The position numbers and the translations under genes are program-made. A stretch of DNA of 24,458 bases from a virus (lineage: Duplodnaviria > Caudoviricetes). The stretch covers positions 1 to 24,458 of IMG/VR virus record IMGVR_UViG_3300024261_000149, one strand, 5' to 3'. Shown here one piece after another: positions 1 to 10,100 of the stretch (the first letter of the stretch is position 1; each line of letters opens with the position of its first letter). The notes under the pieces are model-generated. The model was not told the origin of the DNA, ran no database searches, and saw only the letters and a program-made list of their open reading frames with translations.

Positions 1-158
1 TTGTAAACTTTATTTACCCTCTCAACGATTTCTTTACCATCGTTGATTAAACATTCGTCACCTATACACTCTTTTTCTTCAGTATCGTTGTCACCCAAGA
101 AATTATCTAGTTTTTTCTTAAGAACGTCTTTTTCGTTTGTGTCGTCTATATTATCCAT
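1..158 (-). CDS. Small acidic hypothetical phage protein, 3' end outside the window
   Basis: Not in the ORF track. Manual translation from ATG at 158 gives MDNIDDTNEKDVLKKKLDNFLGDNDTEEKECIGDECLINDGKEIVERVNKVY, open to the window edge. Preceded by the ATATTTATA motif seen before other genes. Confidence 0.8.
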   Translation of the reverse strand, partial: MDNIDDTNEKDVLKKKLDNFLGDNDTEEKECIGDECLINDGKEIVERVNKVY

Positions 159-172
159 AATACTTCTTTAAC

Positions 173-181
173 TATAAATAT
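173..181 (-). promoter_or_regulatory. Putative phage late promoter motif ATATTTATA (coding strand)
   Basis: Exact motif 14 nt upstream of ATG 158; same 9-mer lies 17-24 nt upstream of three other starts. Confidence 0.55.
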
Positions 182-185
182 AAAA

Positions 186-599
186 TTATTCAGAAAAATC
201 CCGTTCTATCCCCATTATTTTTAATTCACCTCTTTTAACAATGATTATTTTATTCTGGTAGTTATCCCAATCTATTTTAAAATCTTTATAATTTATATTA
301 CCAGATTCAGAATCACTAAGACTTTCAATTAATAAATTTAATGCGTTTATGGTGTAAAAACAGACACCTTTTTTATGTACAATGATGGTTGTGGGGAAAA
401 ACGATGTTATATCAACGTTTTGATGTTCCTTGAGATATATTCTATATGTAAGAATTTTTTTATTATCCTCATCACAATTATACTGAAATATTTTATCGTC
501 ATCGATACCAAACCTTTTTAAAAGGTATTTTTTAAAACTATCAACTTTATCTAAATAAACAAAAGATGCTAGTGTTATACTTTTATCCGAATTCTCCAT
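186..599 (-). CDS. Hypothetical phage protein (137 aa)
   Basis: ORF on the operon strand, overlapping the upstream gene by 17 nt; no function recognised. Confidence 0.8.
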   Translation of the reverse strand: MENSDKSITLASFVYLDKVDSFKKYLLKRFGIDDDKIFQYNCDEDNKKILTYRIYLKEHQNVDITSFFPTTIIVHKKGVCFYTINALNLLIESLSDSESGNINYKDFKIDWDNYQNKIIIVKRGELKIMGIERDFSE

Positions 600-1185
600 T
601 TTTATAAATGTAAGGTATCAATTTATTTTTATATTTTATCTTATATAATAAACCCTTACATTTATTAAATATCTCATCAGAAACCAAAACATTATTATTT
701 AAATTTTTAATCCGATTTAATATTTTTTCTTTTTTTATGGAACTATATTCTATTATGTTTAAATCTATACCAAATATTATGTTTTCACCATAAACGTACA
801 CCATATTTTTATTACTTATATAAATAACTGAGTCACTTAATGATAAAATCTTTTTTATTATTTTTTTATTTACCCTACTTTTTCCATGTAAAATATCCAA
901 ATAAACATACGGAATATTATCACCAAAAGTATTAAAACATACCTCTTTAAATTTTTCTAAATCAACTTCAAAGTCAACCTTTCTTTCCTTTTTACTAAAT
1001 GTCCAGTATAATTTTCGGTTTATCTTTTTATGGATAATAGAAATGTTATCCCCAATAAACTCTTTTGCGTTATCCCAACCGATTATTAATGTAGATAAAT
1101 CATTATCTATAGAATCTAAATCGTTACAGATATTGAAGTTTTCTTCTTCTAATTTTAAACTTGTTATTATATTTCCAACGTACAT
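583..1185 (-). CDS. Hypothetical phage protein (200 aa)
   Basis: ORF on the operon strand with a promoter-like element directly upstream; no function recognised. Confidence 0.8.
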   Translation of the reverse strand: MYVGNIITSLKLEEENFNICNDLDSIDNDLSTLIIGWDNAKEFIGDNISIIHKKINRKLYWTFSKKERKVDFEVDLEKFKEVCFNTFGDNIPYVYLDILHGKSRVNKKIIKKILSLSDSVIYISNKNMVYVYGENIIFGIDLNIIEYSSIKKEKILNRIKNLNNNVLVSDEIFNKCKGLLYKIKYKNKLIPYIYKNGEFG

Positions 1186-1190
1186 AATTA

Positions 1191-1221
1191 CAAATATAGT
1201 GATTTTATTTTAAAAAGTTAA
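1191..1221 (-). promoter_or_regulatory. Putative host-RNAP promoter (TTAACT-N17-TATATT, overlapping Bacteroidota-type TATATTTG)
   Basis: Minus strand reads TTAACT-17 nt-TATATTTG-TAATT-ATG in the 41-nt gap; TAnnTTTG is the known Bacteroidota -7 element. Confidence 0.5.
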
Positions 1222-1226
1222 TATAT

Positions 1227-4200
1227 TTATGGATTATTATCATCTTTTAAGTCAAAAGCCAATAAAACTGATTCAAAAGCGTTATACGCTTCTTCTGGTG
1301 TTACCTTGGTGCACGATATCTCATTAGTTAGTGCGAAATCTGAAGAGGTACCATCCCTCTCCTTATCTGTCCCATTTCCACCAGCTGCGTCATACGAATT
1401 TTTATATGGACCCTTTAAAGTCGATTCGTTGGTTGGCTTTTTAGTTTTCCAAACATAAATTGCTGCATTAAAGGATTCGATAAAATTATTTTCTAAAGTA
1501 TATGGTTCAATAAACACCGATGAAAAACCTAAAGGAGATTTACTATATTCAAAATATTCTCTTCTTCCCGTAATATATAAATATCCTCTAGGTTTAAATC
1601 TCCACCCATCACCAGGATATATATTATAATATTTTAATTTTGCAGCCGCTATCTTTACGAAGGCTTCATCTGATATCTCATCACCCGTAGAACTTTTTGT
1701 GGAAATTGTGTTAACTTCTTCATACTCACTATCTCCTACCGAAACGTAAGCAACGTTATTATCTCCAGACCCAGTATATGATGGGGTACTACCTAATATC
1801 CCTTTGGGGTTGTTAGCTGGAATACTTAATATATCTTTAAATGGGTTATCAGCAGGTATTGTAGAATTATCACCATAAAACATTGTTTTACCTGAATATA
1901 TTGTACTATTATCAAATTCCGACTCTTTAATACTATCGTCTTCACTACTCCAACTGATGGTATCATTCCCTAAATAGTTCGATTGTACCATCACATTTGC
2001 AACAAACATACACACTTGGGAATTAGTATAAATACCCTGTTTTTCCATAAAAAATCTAACACCATTTAAATCACTTTGTATTCCGTCTTCTCCAAATGAA
2101 CTTAATCCAGTTACATAATTAAAGTCTACCCCCATTTCTTTAAAGTTACTTACCTTCCATTTTGTATCAAAATCAAAACGGTCTTGAGGGTCTAATACAC
2201 CTATTTTATATGTATCGTTTTTAGACGTTTTATTAATAAGTTCAATTTTAGGTATTTCATTTGTTTCATTTAAATCTAGATTTAAATCTGCCAATATTTC
2301 TTCATTAGGTTCACTTATAAATTTAGATTGTCTAACACCTGTAAAATTTGTAGTCATATGGTTAGGGGATATACTATGATTTACACTAGTTATTAAATAT
2401 GCCCCATTAAAAAACGGAACGTTTTCTAAATTAAAATACATTAATGGTTGTATGTTCATACAACCTAATGCGTCTACTTTACATGTATATGACCTAGTTT
2501 TAAATAACTTAAGTAAATCCGTACCTTGATATACCTTTTGGGTTCCCCCTCTTTTATCTACCAATTCTGATAATGCCTTAAAATATTCACCAGTTTCTTT
2601 ATGTTCTTGCTGGTTTAAAGAGACGTTTTTAAATATCGTTTGGTTTTCGGCACCAAACCCAACTCTAAACGCAACTAATGAATTATCACCCTCTTTAATC
2701 ATATCAGAAGGTGGACTATCTAAGGAGAATCCGTCATTGGCAAACGCGTACGTACTTTTCTCACCAATATCCAAAGCTTTTGAGGCTGCACCAATATAAA
2801 TACCACAATACATTGGACCCGAAGACTTATTATTCTGAAGTGTAGTGACAGGTTTAAACATTCTAGACACTTCTTCAGCGTCTTTATAATTTACAAATGT
2901 GGGTAGTATCTGAAGTAAGAAATTACTATCTCTTAATAATTTTGACATAAAGAAATATACACTTGTTTGTAGGTTACTCCCTAAAGTTAAAAAACTGCTT
3001 AAATTTATAGTTGCTTTATGTCCAATTTCATTCCAACCTCTATCAATAAACTTAAAATAATCATATAAAGATCTGTTACCATCTCCACCTGAACCACCAC
3101 AAACATTAAAACATTGTTTTGTATCTGAAACCCACTTATCGTTTATATTTTTAAAATAATTATAAATCTGTAATTTTATTTTATTCGTAGTTGCGTTTGC
3201 ACTTATTTCTGATTCTGAGTCATCTTGAGCTGTTTCTTTTTTACCATTTTCTATATTAGAGTATGTCACTAAAAAACTTTTTATATAGGCTAGTATTTCT
3301 GACCTACTAGCTTTAAGGTTTTCTGGTATACCATTTGGTTCGAAAATTCCTGGAGCCAAAACTATCATACTGGTAATTTTTAATAGTCTGGCTTTTATCT
3401 CCCTTGCAGCTTTCGATATCTGTGTCTCGGAATGTGTAGTATTAGACCTGTAAACTTTCATATCTTGTTCAAAAGATTTGAATTTGGATTTATCTGCCCA
3501 ATCGGTGAATTTTTTAATAAGTAACTCTTTTGTCGCTGCAGGTATATTTAACAATTCATCTTCTAAAGGTAAATCGGAAGTATTACCATTTAAAGCTTGG
3601 TAACCGACTTTTGTTAAATAACAATTATTAGGAGAAGAAAAATCTGAATACCCGCAACCTCCATTTGATGGTGTAAATTCCCAATCAATATCCCCTTCTT
3701 TGTTTTTCCATAGGAGTCCACCTATAAAATACGCGTAATATAGTGGTAGGTTAATTATTTTTGCGTTCTCATATTTTCCATTAGGAAAAGCTGCACCTAA
3801 TACCGCCTCTTTGAAAGTTTTAAATGGTAATGTAGATAATAGTAAAATAGCTTTAGCTCTATCACTTTGAACAGTATAAAAATCACTTTGGATTAAAAAC
3901 TGTGGGTACGGACAAGTATCACCACTTACAAAATTTGTTCTATTTAAAAATTTCCCTTCTGGTGTCGTACTTCCCGTTAAATCAATAGTAGATAAACTAT
4001 CTATTTTAAAATCTTTATATATTCCGTTATCTATCCCCTTCAACCCTATAGAGACTTCTTTATCCCAAACATTATACCCCAAATACGTAGTTATATTATT
4101 ATTTCTTAAATCTTGACTCCTATACTCACTACTATTATCTGTCGTAATTTTATCAGTTTTAATTGCACTATATCTTGAATTTTGTGTTATCTCAATAGGT

Positions 4201-6698
4201 AATCTTTTAGAATTATTAATTATTGATTTCTCATCAAATAAAATATATTCCACTGACTCTTTTGGTGTACCTTGATTCGTCCCCCCTATATTTATCCCAC
4301 CTATAGTAGTGGGGGTTTTTGATGTGTAAACAAAATCATCAGCGACTAACTTTAACCCCCTACCAAATTCAGTAGTTAATATAGAGTTCAAATTCGCATT
4401 TATTTTTTTCAACTTAGTATTATAAATATTTCTAATATCCGGAGTTACAAACGCCTTATTTGCCGCAATACCATCTAAAGCACCAAAGCTTTCTAGTGAC
4501 CTAGACGTTGTACCCCATTTAGAATAATTTTTTAAAATTGCAACCCTAGTAAATAAGTTTTCTGCAATAAAGCTATCCATTTCACCATCATCGTTTCTAG
4601 TAGAGAACCCAATCCATGGGTTTATCTTATAATCAATGGGGTTTATAGGTAACCAATTATCAGTATCTAACCCATTTTTAAGTACAGATGCCTTACTAGT
4701 TTGTTCTAAGGATTTAGTTTTGGCAATTAAACTTGTAAAAACCTCTTCAACAAATTTTACTTCAGGGAAACTAGATGTATCTGACACATGATCTTCATCT
4801 CCAAGATAAATTTCCTCCAACGTACCAGAATCATTTTCAACATAAGCCGATGGCCAAGCAATAGGATCGGTAATTGTTTCGGGAACATCTGTTTGGAAAT
4901 TAAGTAGAGCTTCTCTTCTAGCGTCTTTTAACCCAGGAGCACTCGACTCTTTTGTTATGTCCCAAATTGTTGCTGTCATTGCTTGAGTATTATTAGCAAT
5001 AATCCTAAAACAGTTATCTATTGTCGGTCTAAACCCTAATTCCTCTTGGAATTTTTTCGTCATATCATCATTTAACGTTTTCTGAACTTTTTCTTTCTCT
5101 TCTTTAGCAATGATTATTAGTTCTTCTATCACACCTTGAACCCTCTCTCTTTGTTCCCTAAAATCTACAACTATTACGTTTGTATCTTTTGATAACGAAC
5201 TACCTTTCGGGTAAAAGAAATCAGGCGAAGTTACTTTACCACTAAAAGAAACCATATTAAAAAATTTGTTAGTGTCATGCGCTGATTTATCATATGTTTT
5301 TAAAAGGTTTAAACTATTACCCGGTAAAGACATACTACTTAACACTGTAGGTAACTTTATCGGTTCTACTTTACTATCTTCATCTAAACTAACTACAAAA
5401 TTTTTCCAATAATCTTCTGACGAATCGGATATGTTAAAACTTTCCAACATATCTTTATTCTGAGAATCTACTGTTTCTCCAGGAGAATCTGCTACAGATA
5501 ATAGTTCGTTATTTTCCTTATAACTTTTTATTAAATCATGTAATGTTTCCATATAAATTTTAAATGCGGATTCTTGCACTGAGTTAATTAACAAGTAGTC
5601 TCTAATAGAGAGATAATTTTTATCCCTTTGTAATATAAGATCATCAATTTTCGATGACCTTATAACACTTCTATTGTTATATTTATATAGATAAGTGTCT
5701 GATCCTTGACCAAAAGCTTTTTCATCCTTATCAATTTTACCATCGTTATTACTATCACTAGTTTTTGGTATGGGTCCACCGATGAAGGACCTTATGGACT
5801 TTAATTGACTTAATTGTGTGTTTATCTGTTTTAACCTATCTAACTCATCTGTTTCCGATTTTAACACTTCCACATCTATTTGTAATTTAGCTATCTTAGT
5901 GAAAAAATCATCTATTTTTCTAGTGTTTACACCTGAGTTATTTTGAATCTGCTCAAGTGTCGCGCTGGTAGTTTCTGTTTTACCTATTTGTTCATCATCA
6001 TTAGCTTCTTGTTTATTAAAAATTTCTTCTAAATTATCAAATCCTCTCTGTGTATTGACAGTACCAATAATATTCCCAATATTCATATCGTTTAAAAAGG
6101 CTTGTTGGAAACCTAAAAAATTGGCAGATATATCAAAATTACCTGTCGAACCATCAAAATTAGATGACCAATTAACCATATGTAGGCAATAATCAATTGA
6201 CTGACCAAAATACCCTTTTACTGATAAATTAAATACTGGGTAAGGCATCTTAAAAAATATACTATATGGTGATAACCTTTCTTTGTCTTTAATGGTGTCA
6301 AATAATCCAGCCCCTCTAATATCAGTAAACGTTATATCTACAACAGGAACTAAACTAGCGTTGTATTTAATATCAATACTTTTTATACCGAAACCTTCTA
6401 AAACCCCTCTACTCTCTTCTGGAGCTAACCCACCTATATTTGTCCAGCTAGTTGTTGAATATGTTTTTTGAGATTTTGGGTCTAATTCACCTGATGAGTC
6501 ATACTTTATTTTAGTGGATATAAAATCTACCTCATCAGCAACTCCGTTTTCAACACCACCATCTATAAATCTACTTCTTGGTGTTGCACTAAACTTGACA
6601 TAGATAAACATGTCTTCAGGTGGTATCATATCCCTACCTGGTGGGTTGGGATCAACAATAAATAAACTACCTTGTTGTTTTACATTTTCAGTACCCAT
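1227..6698 (-). CDS. Baseplate hub protein (gp27/gpD/VgrG-like) with C-terminal degenerate GH19 lysozyme-like domain
   Basis: Hub-like C-terminal motif RSYTCKVDALGCMNIQPLMYFNLENVPFFNGAYLITSVNHSISPNHMTTNFTGVR; N-terminal beta-rich GIKSIDIKY..VDITFTD; GH19-like PGDGWRFKPRGYLYITGRREY; position after a LysM wedge gene. Confidence 0.7.
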   Translation of the reverse strand: MGTENVKQQGSLFIVDPNPPGRDMIPPEDMFIYVKFSATPRSRFIDGGVENGVADEVDFISTKIKYDSSGELDPKSQKTYSTTSWTNIGGLAPEESRGVLEGFGIKSIDIKYNASLVPVVDITFTDIRGAGLFDTIKDKERLSPYSIFFKMPYPVFNLSVKGYFGQSIDYCLHMVNWSSNFDGSTGNFDISANFLGFQQAFLNDMNIGNIIGTVNTQRGFDNLEEIFNKQEANDDEQIGKTETTSATLEQIQNNSGVNTRKIDDFFTKIAKLQIDVEVLKSETDELDRLKQINTQLSQLKSIRSFIGGPIPKTSDSNNDGKIDKDEKAFGQGSDTYLYKYNNRSVIRSSKIDDLILQRDKNYLSIRDYLLINSVQESAFKIYMETLHDLIKSYKENNELLSVADSPGETVDSQNKDMLESFNISDSSEDYWKNFVVSLDEDSKVEPIKLPTVLSSMSLPGNSLNLLKTYDKSAHDTNKFFNMVSFSGKVTSPDFFYPKGSSLSKDTNVIVVDFREQRERVQGVIEELIIIAKEEKEKVQKTLNDDMTKKFQEELGFRPTIDNCFRIIANNTQAMTATIWDITKESSAPGLKDARREALLNFQTDVPETITDPIAWPSAYVENDSGTLEEIYLGDEDHVSDTSSFPEVKFVEEVFTSLIAKTKSLEQTSKASVLKNGLDTDNWLPINPIDYKINPWIGFSTRNDDGEMDSFIAENLFTRVAILKNYSKWGTTSRSLESFGALDGIAANKAFVTPDIRNIYNTKLKKINANLNSILTTEFGRGLKLVADDFVYTSKTPTTIGGINIGGTNQGTPKESVEYILFDEKSIINNSKRLPIEITQNSRYSAIKTDKITTDNSSEYRSQDLRNNNITTYLGYNVWDKEVSIGLKGIDNGIYKDFKIDSLSTIDLTGSTTPEGKFLNRTNFVSGDTCPYPQFLIQSDFYTVQSDRAKAILLLSTLPFKTFKEAVLGAAFPNGKYENAKIINLPLYYAYFIGGLLWKNKEGDIDWEFTPSNGGCGYSDFSSPNNCYLTKVGYQALNGNTSDLPLEDELLNIPAATKELLIKKFTDWADKSKFKSFEQDMKVYRSNTTHSETQISKAAREIKARLLKITSMIVLAPGIFEPNGIPENLKASRSEILAYIKSFLVTYSNIENGKKETAQDDSESEISANATTNKIKLQIYNYFKNINDKWVSDTKQCFNVCGGSGGDGNRSLYDYFKFIDRGWNEIGHKATINLSSFLTLGSNLQTSVYFFMSKLLRDSNFLLQILPTFVNYKDAEEVSRMFKPVTTLQNNKSSGPMYCGIYIGAASKALDIGEKSTYAFANDGFSLDSPPSDMIKEGDNSLVAFRVGFGAENQTIFKNVSLNQQEHKETGEYFKALSELVDKRGGTQKVYQGTDLLKLFKTRSYTCKVDALGCMNIQPLMYFNLENVPFFNGAYLITSVNHSISPNHMTTNFTGVRQSKFISEPNEEILADLNLDLNETNEIPKIELINKTSKNDTYKIGVLDPQDRFDFDTKWKVSNFKEMGVDFNYVTGLSSFGEDGIQSDLNGVRFFMEKQGIYTNSQVCMFVANVMVQSNYLGNDTISWSSEDDSIKESEFDNSTIYSGKTMFYGDNSTIPADNPFKDILSIPANNPKGILGSTPSYTGSGDNNVAYVSVGDSEYEEVNTISTKSSTGDEISDEAFVKIAAAKLKYYNIYPGDGWRFKPRGYLYITGRREYFEYSKSPLGFSSVFIEPYTLENNFIESFNAAIYVWKTKKPTNESTLKGPYKNSYDAAGGNGTDKERDGTSSDFALTNEISCTKVTPEEAYNAFESVLLAFDLKDDNNP

Positions 6699-6707
6699 AA
6701 CTTTTTT

Positions 6708-7034
6708 TTAATCTATTCCGTTGAGTCTTCTATATTCTTCAACCGCATTAATATATTGTTGTATACTATCTGTTAATGGAAAAGGTACTCTAATTATTTC
6801 TTTATCTGGTATATTTTCTTCTACACCACCATAAATAGGGTTAGCCAATAAAATTAACCACCCATGATATGGGTTATCGTAATACTGTTGACTTAGTTTA
6901 TCTAATCTAGTTCTTTGAGCGTTATAAACTACTGTTTTATCAGAATTTTTAGGTTCTATTTTTATAAATGGTAGTGGTTTATAACTACCATCTACTTTAA
7001 AGTCTTGATATCTATCGAAATATTGATTTCCCAT
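6708..7034 (-). CDS. Baseplate wedge protein, LysM-like (T4 gp53 / P2 gpX-like)
   Basis: Signature RLDKLSQQYYDNPYHGWLILLANP...IIRVP; 108 aa; between tube initiator and hub genes. Confidence 0.8.
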   Translation of the reverse strand: MGNQYFDRYQDFKVDGSYKPLPFIKIEPKNSDKTVVYNAQRTRLDKLSQQYYDNPYHGWLILLANPIYGGVEENIPDKEIIRVPFPLTDSIQQYINAVEEYRRLNGID

Positions 7035-7060
7035 TTTTATAATTTTAATTCTTTTCCACC

Positions 7061-7129
7061 ATAAGTAAACTCTTTTATGTGGGACTAACCTTTTATTTAA
7101 TTAACTCAGTTCCGTTATAAGTAAACTCT
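7061..7129. repeat. 13-bp direct repeat ATAAGTAAACTCT (7061-7073 and 7117-7129)
   Basis: Exact match by eye; one copy in the last codons of the 1184-aa gene, the other in the downstream intergenic gap. Confidence 0.85.
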
Positions 7130-10100
7130 ACCGTCTGCTTACTTCCTTTTTTATTTTTTGTAAAAAATGCCGTAACCTTTACTGTTGGCTGTTGTTTTTT
7201 ATCCTTTAATAATTCTTTTTCTAATTTTTCAATTTCCTTTTCTAGTTCTTTAATGTCCTTAATATTTTGGGTTACAGATGTGCCTGAACTTACTGCAGCT
7301 TGTTTGTTTGATAATGTTTGGTTAGCAGCTGTTAATCCAGAAGTTATTTGAGCTTCAGTTCTTCCTTTGTCACTATATTCAAAACCATCTCCCCACTCTG
7401 ATTTAAATACTGGGAATTGTGATTCATTTGTAGTTTTATTAATAATACCTTTACCATTTACACTTACTTTATATGATAATAAATTATCTTTATCTACTTT
7501 ACCATCTATTTCTACTTCTGAAGGTGGAACCCCTTCTTTTACTGATATAATAATATCTTCCCCGTCTGACACCACTAAAATATTACCTTGTTCGTTGGTG
7601 GTGTCGTCATCCCCACTTTCAGAATCTTTTAATTCATCGGTTATTCCTTCGTTTTTAAGAAATTCTGTAAGTGCGTCTGGGTCAACACCACCTTTTGCTT
7701 TCTCCTCTCCCAATTTAATACCGTCAACAATAGTACCTCCTTTGGTTACGTCAATCTTATCTGCCCTAGGGTCATACATTTGAGTATTTGCGTAATAATT
7801 AAATGATACTGCGTTTTGTAATCTATCTATTGGACCAACTAAAGAATGCCCACCAATTAAATCTACGGATAGTTGTACATTAGCTATCATAGGTTGTACC
7901 CCGATCCCCTCTGGGTTTAAATCCCATTTTATACCAGAATCATCATAGGTGATATTTAAACTGTTTATTATAACTTTTGTGTGGAAGAAATCTCCAATTC
8001 TTAATATACATACTGGGGGTCTACCAAAAGCAAGGTTTTGTGGTTTTACCCCTGTTTCTGTGTTATTATTAATACTAGGACCTTGTCTCATACACTGATT
8101 TAAGAATGTTAATCTAGTGTTTAATCCCTCTGGGGATGTTGAGTGGTATCCTGGTTGGAAATATTGTATTTTTTGGGATATTGTTTGAAAATAATTAGGG
8201 TAATTCGCATCAATAAAATCAAAATATTTTGTTTCATCAATAATTAACCCATCAATTAAATTAGCGAACTCTGGATAAAAAGATAACCCATCTACATTTT
8301 CTTTTTTAGGTTCCGCATCAGGACCTTCCTTACTATTATTTTCTATTGTAATATCTACCCTTCTATTGTTTGCATCACCAGCATCATCTGTAGACGCTGA
8401 AGACCCCTTACCAATTTTTTTAAAACTTATCCCCTTTTTCCCTGTACCTATTTCTATTTGATCAGCAATTTCCTTAGCCCTATTTTTAGATAATTTCTTT
8501 GTGGACCCTTCTGTATTAGTATTGGACTCACTCTTTGCAGGATCATCAGCACCAGTATCAATAACACCCTGTTTTTCTTTTTTGGCGGCGTAACCCTCAC
8601 AAGTAATTTTCACTTTGTTACCTGCCAATATTTGTTCTTGAACCCATGGTTTTACCTTACCATTTACCCATTCAATTACTTTATCCATTCCCTCAGTGGG
8701 TTTTAAAGAATTCTCATCAAACTTAAAAGATTTTGACTCAAGTTTTTGTTTTACAGTATCAGTAGATTTTTGTTTTGCAATACTATTTAATTTCTTATCA
8801 ATGTCATCTTTTGTTGTTTGACTAATATCACTGTTTTTACCAATTGCTGCTAAAAAATCATTCGCTGATGTACAACCAGCAAAAAATCTTTCTATAGCGT
8901 CATTTTGTTTACCTCTATACCCATTTATAACTCTTGGGTGATCAACAATAATTTTAAACGATATTTGACCACTTCTTTTGGAGTTGTTGTATGTGTAAAC
9001 GGGCTCACTTCTACCTATAAATTCTGTAGATGTCCAATTAGCGCTAGTATTTTCGTCAAAACTTAACCCATAAGGTGGGAACCACATAATTCTACCTTTA
9101 TTTCTAGATAATACATCCCCAGGACCAATTTCACTTAATGGTAAATCAGGTAGATTGTCAGCCCAAGCCAAATTCTCAATGGATAACATATATTTTTTAA
9201 GTGTTGTTTTTCCATCTTCTTTTGTAGGGTGGTACTTTGGAAACCCATTGTCCATTAACACACTTAAAGATGCGTCACCAGTTTTAACTGAAAAACCAGA
9301 ACTTTGTTCAGCAGATGATGAAAATAAACCAGTATTTCTTATGGCTTTTAAGTAATTATAGTCATCATTTACTGTCCATACTCTACAATAATTACCATTG
9401 GCTTCAGCATCTATTAGAGCTAAGGGGCTAATAGCGTTACCCCTACTAATAAGTTTATCTTCTTTTTTATCTTTAAAATACTTTTTTGTTTGGTTTATAA
9501 AAACCTCAGTACTACTATTATTAACTAGTTGTTGTGTTTTATATAATAGTGTTTTTTCATTGAAATCAGCCCCGCCACCTGTCTTCCAAAAGAACTTTTC
9601 ATTAACATCAGTTTTTTGTTGGTTACCGCTAGTATCTATTTCACCATTAAAATCTGAAGAGTTAAATGTCTTAGGTGTTATCGCCCCTCTGTTGGTACTT
9701 TTTTCTGTACCAATATAGTAACTAGAGTTAGTACCTTCATCAGACGTACCCTGTAACCTTCTATCTTTATATAATGGTCTATACGTATTCTGGTTTAGTA
9801 AGTTGAATAAGAATGTCACCTGTGAGGTACTGGTTCTGGTTAATAATGTATTAACTCTAATCTCAGTACCTAATGTTGGTTCAACCCCCTCTTTTTGATC
9901 CCCACTTAATTGACCAGTCTTTTGATTATACTCATTCCAACCAACAGCCCCATTTGGTAATGTATTAAAATATTGTTCTGCACCCCTTAACCTATTAACA
10001 TAACTACTAACCCCTCCATCATTACCTATAGGTGGTGTTATATTTCCAGTACTTGGTGATTGGTTATTAGCCTCATCCTCTATCTGAGCGATTTTATTGA

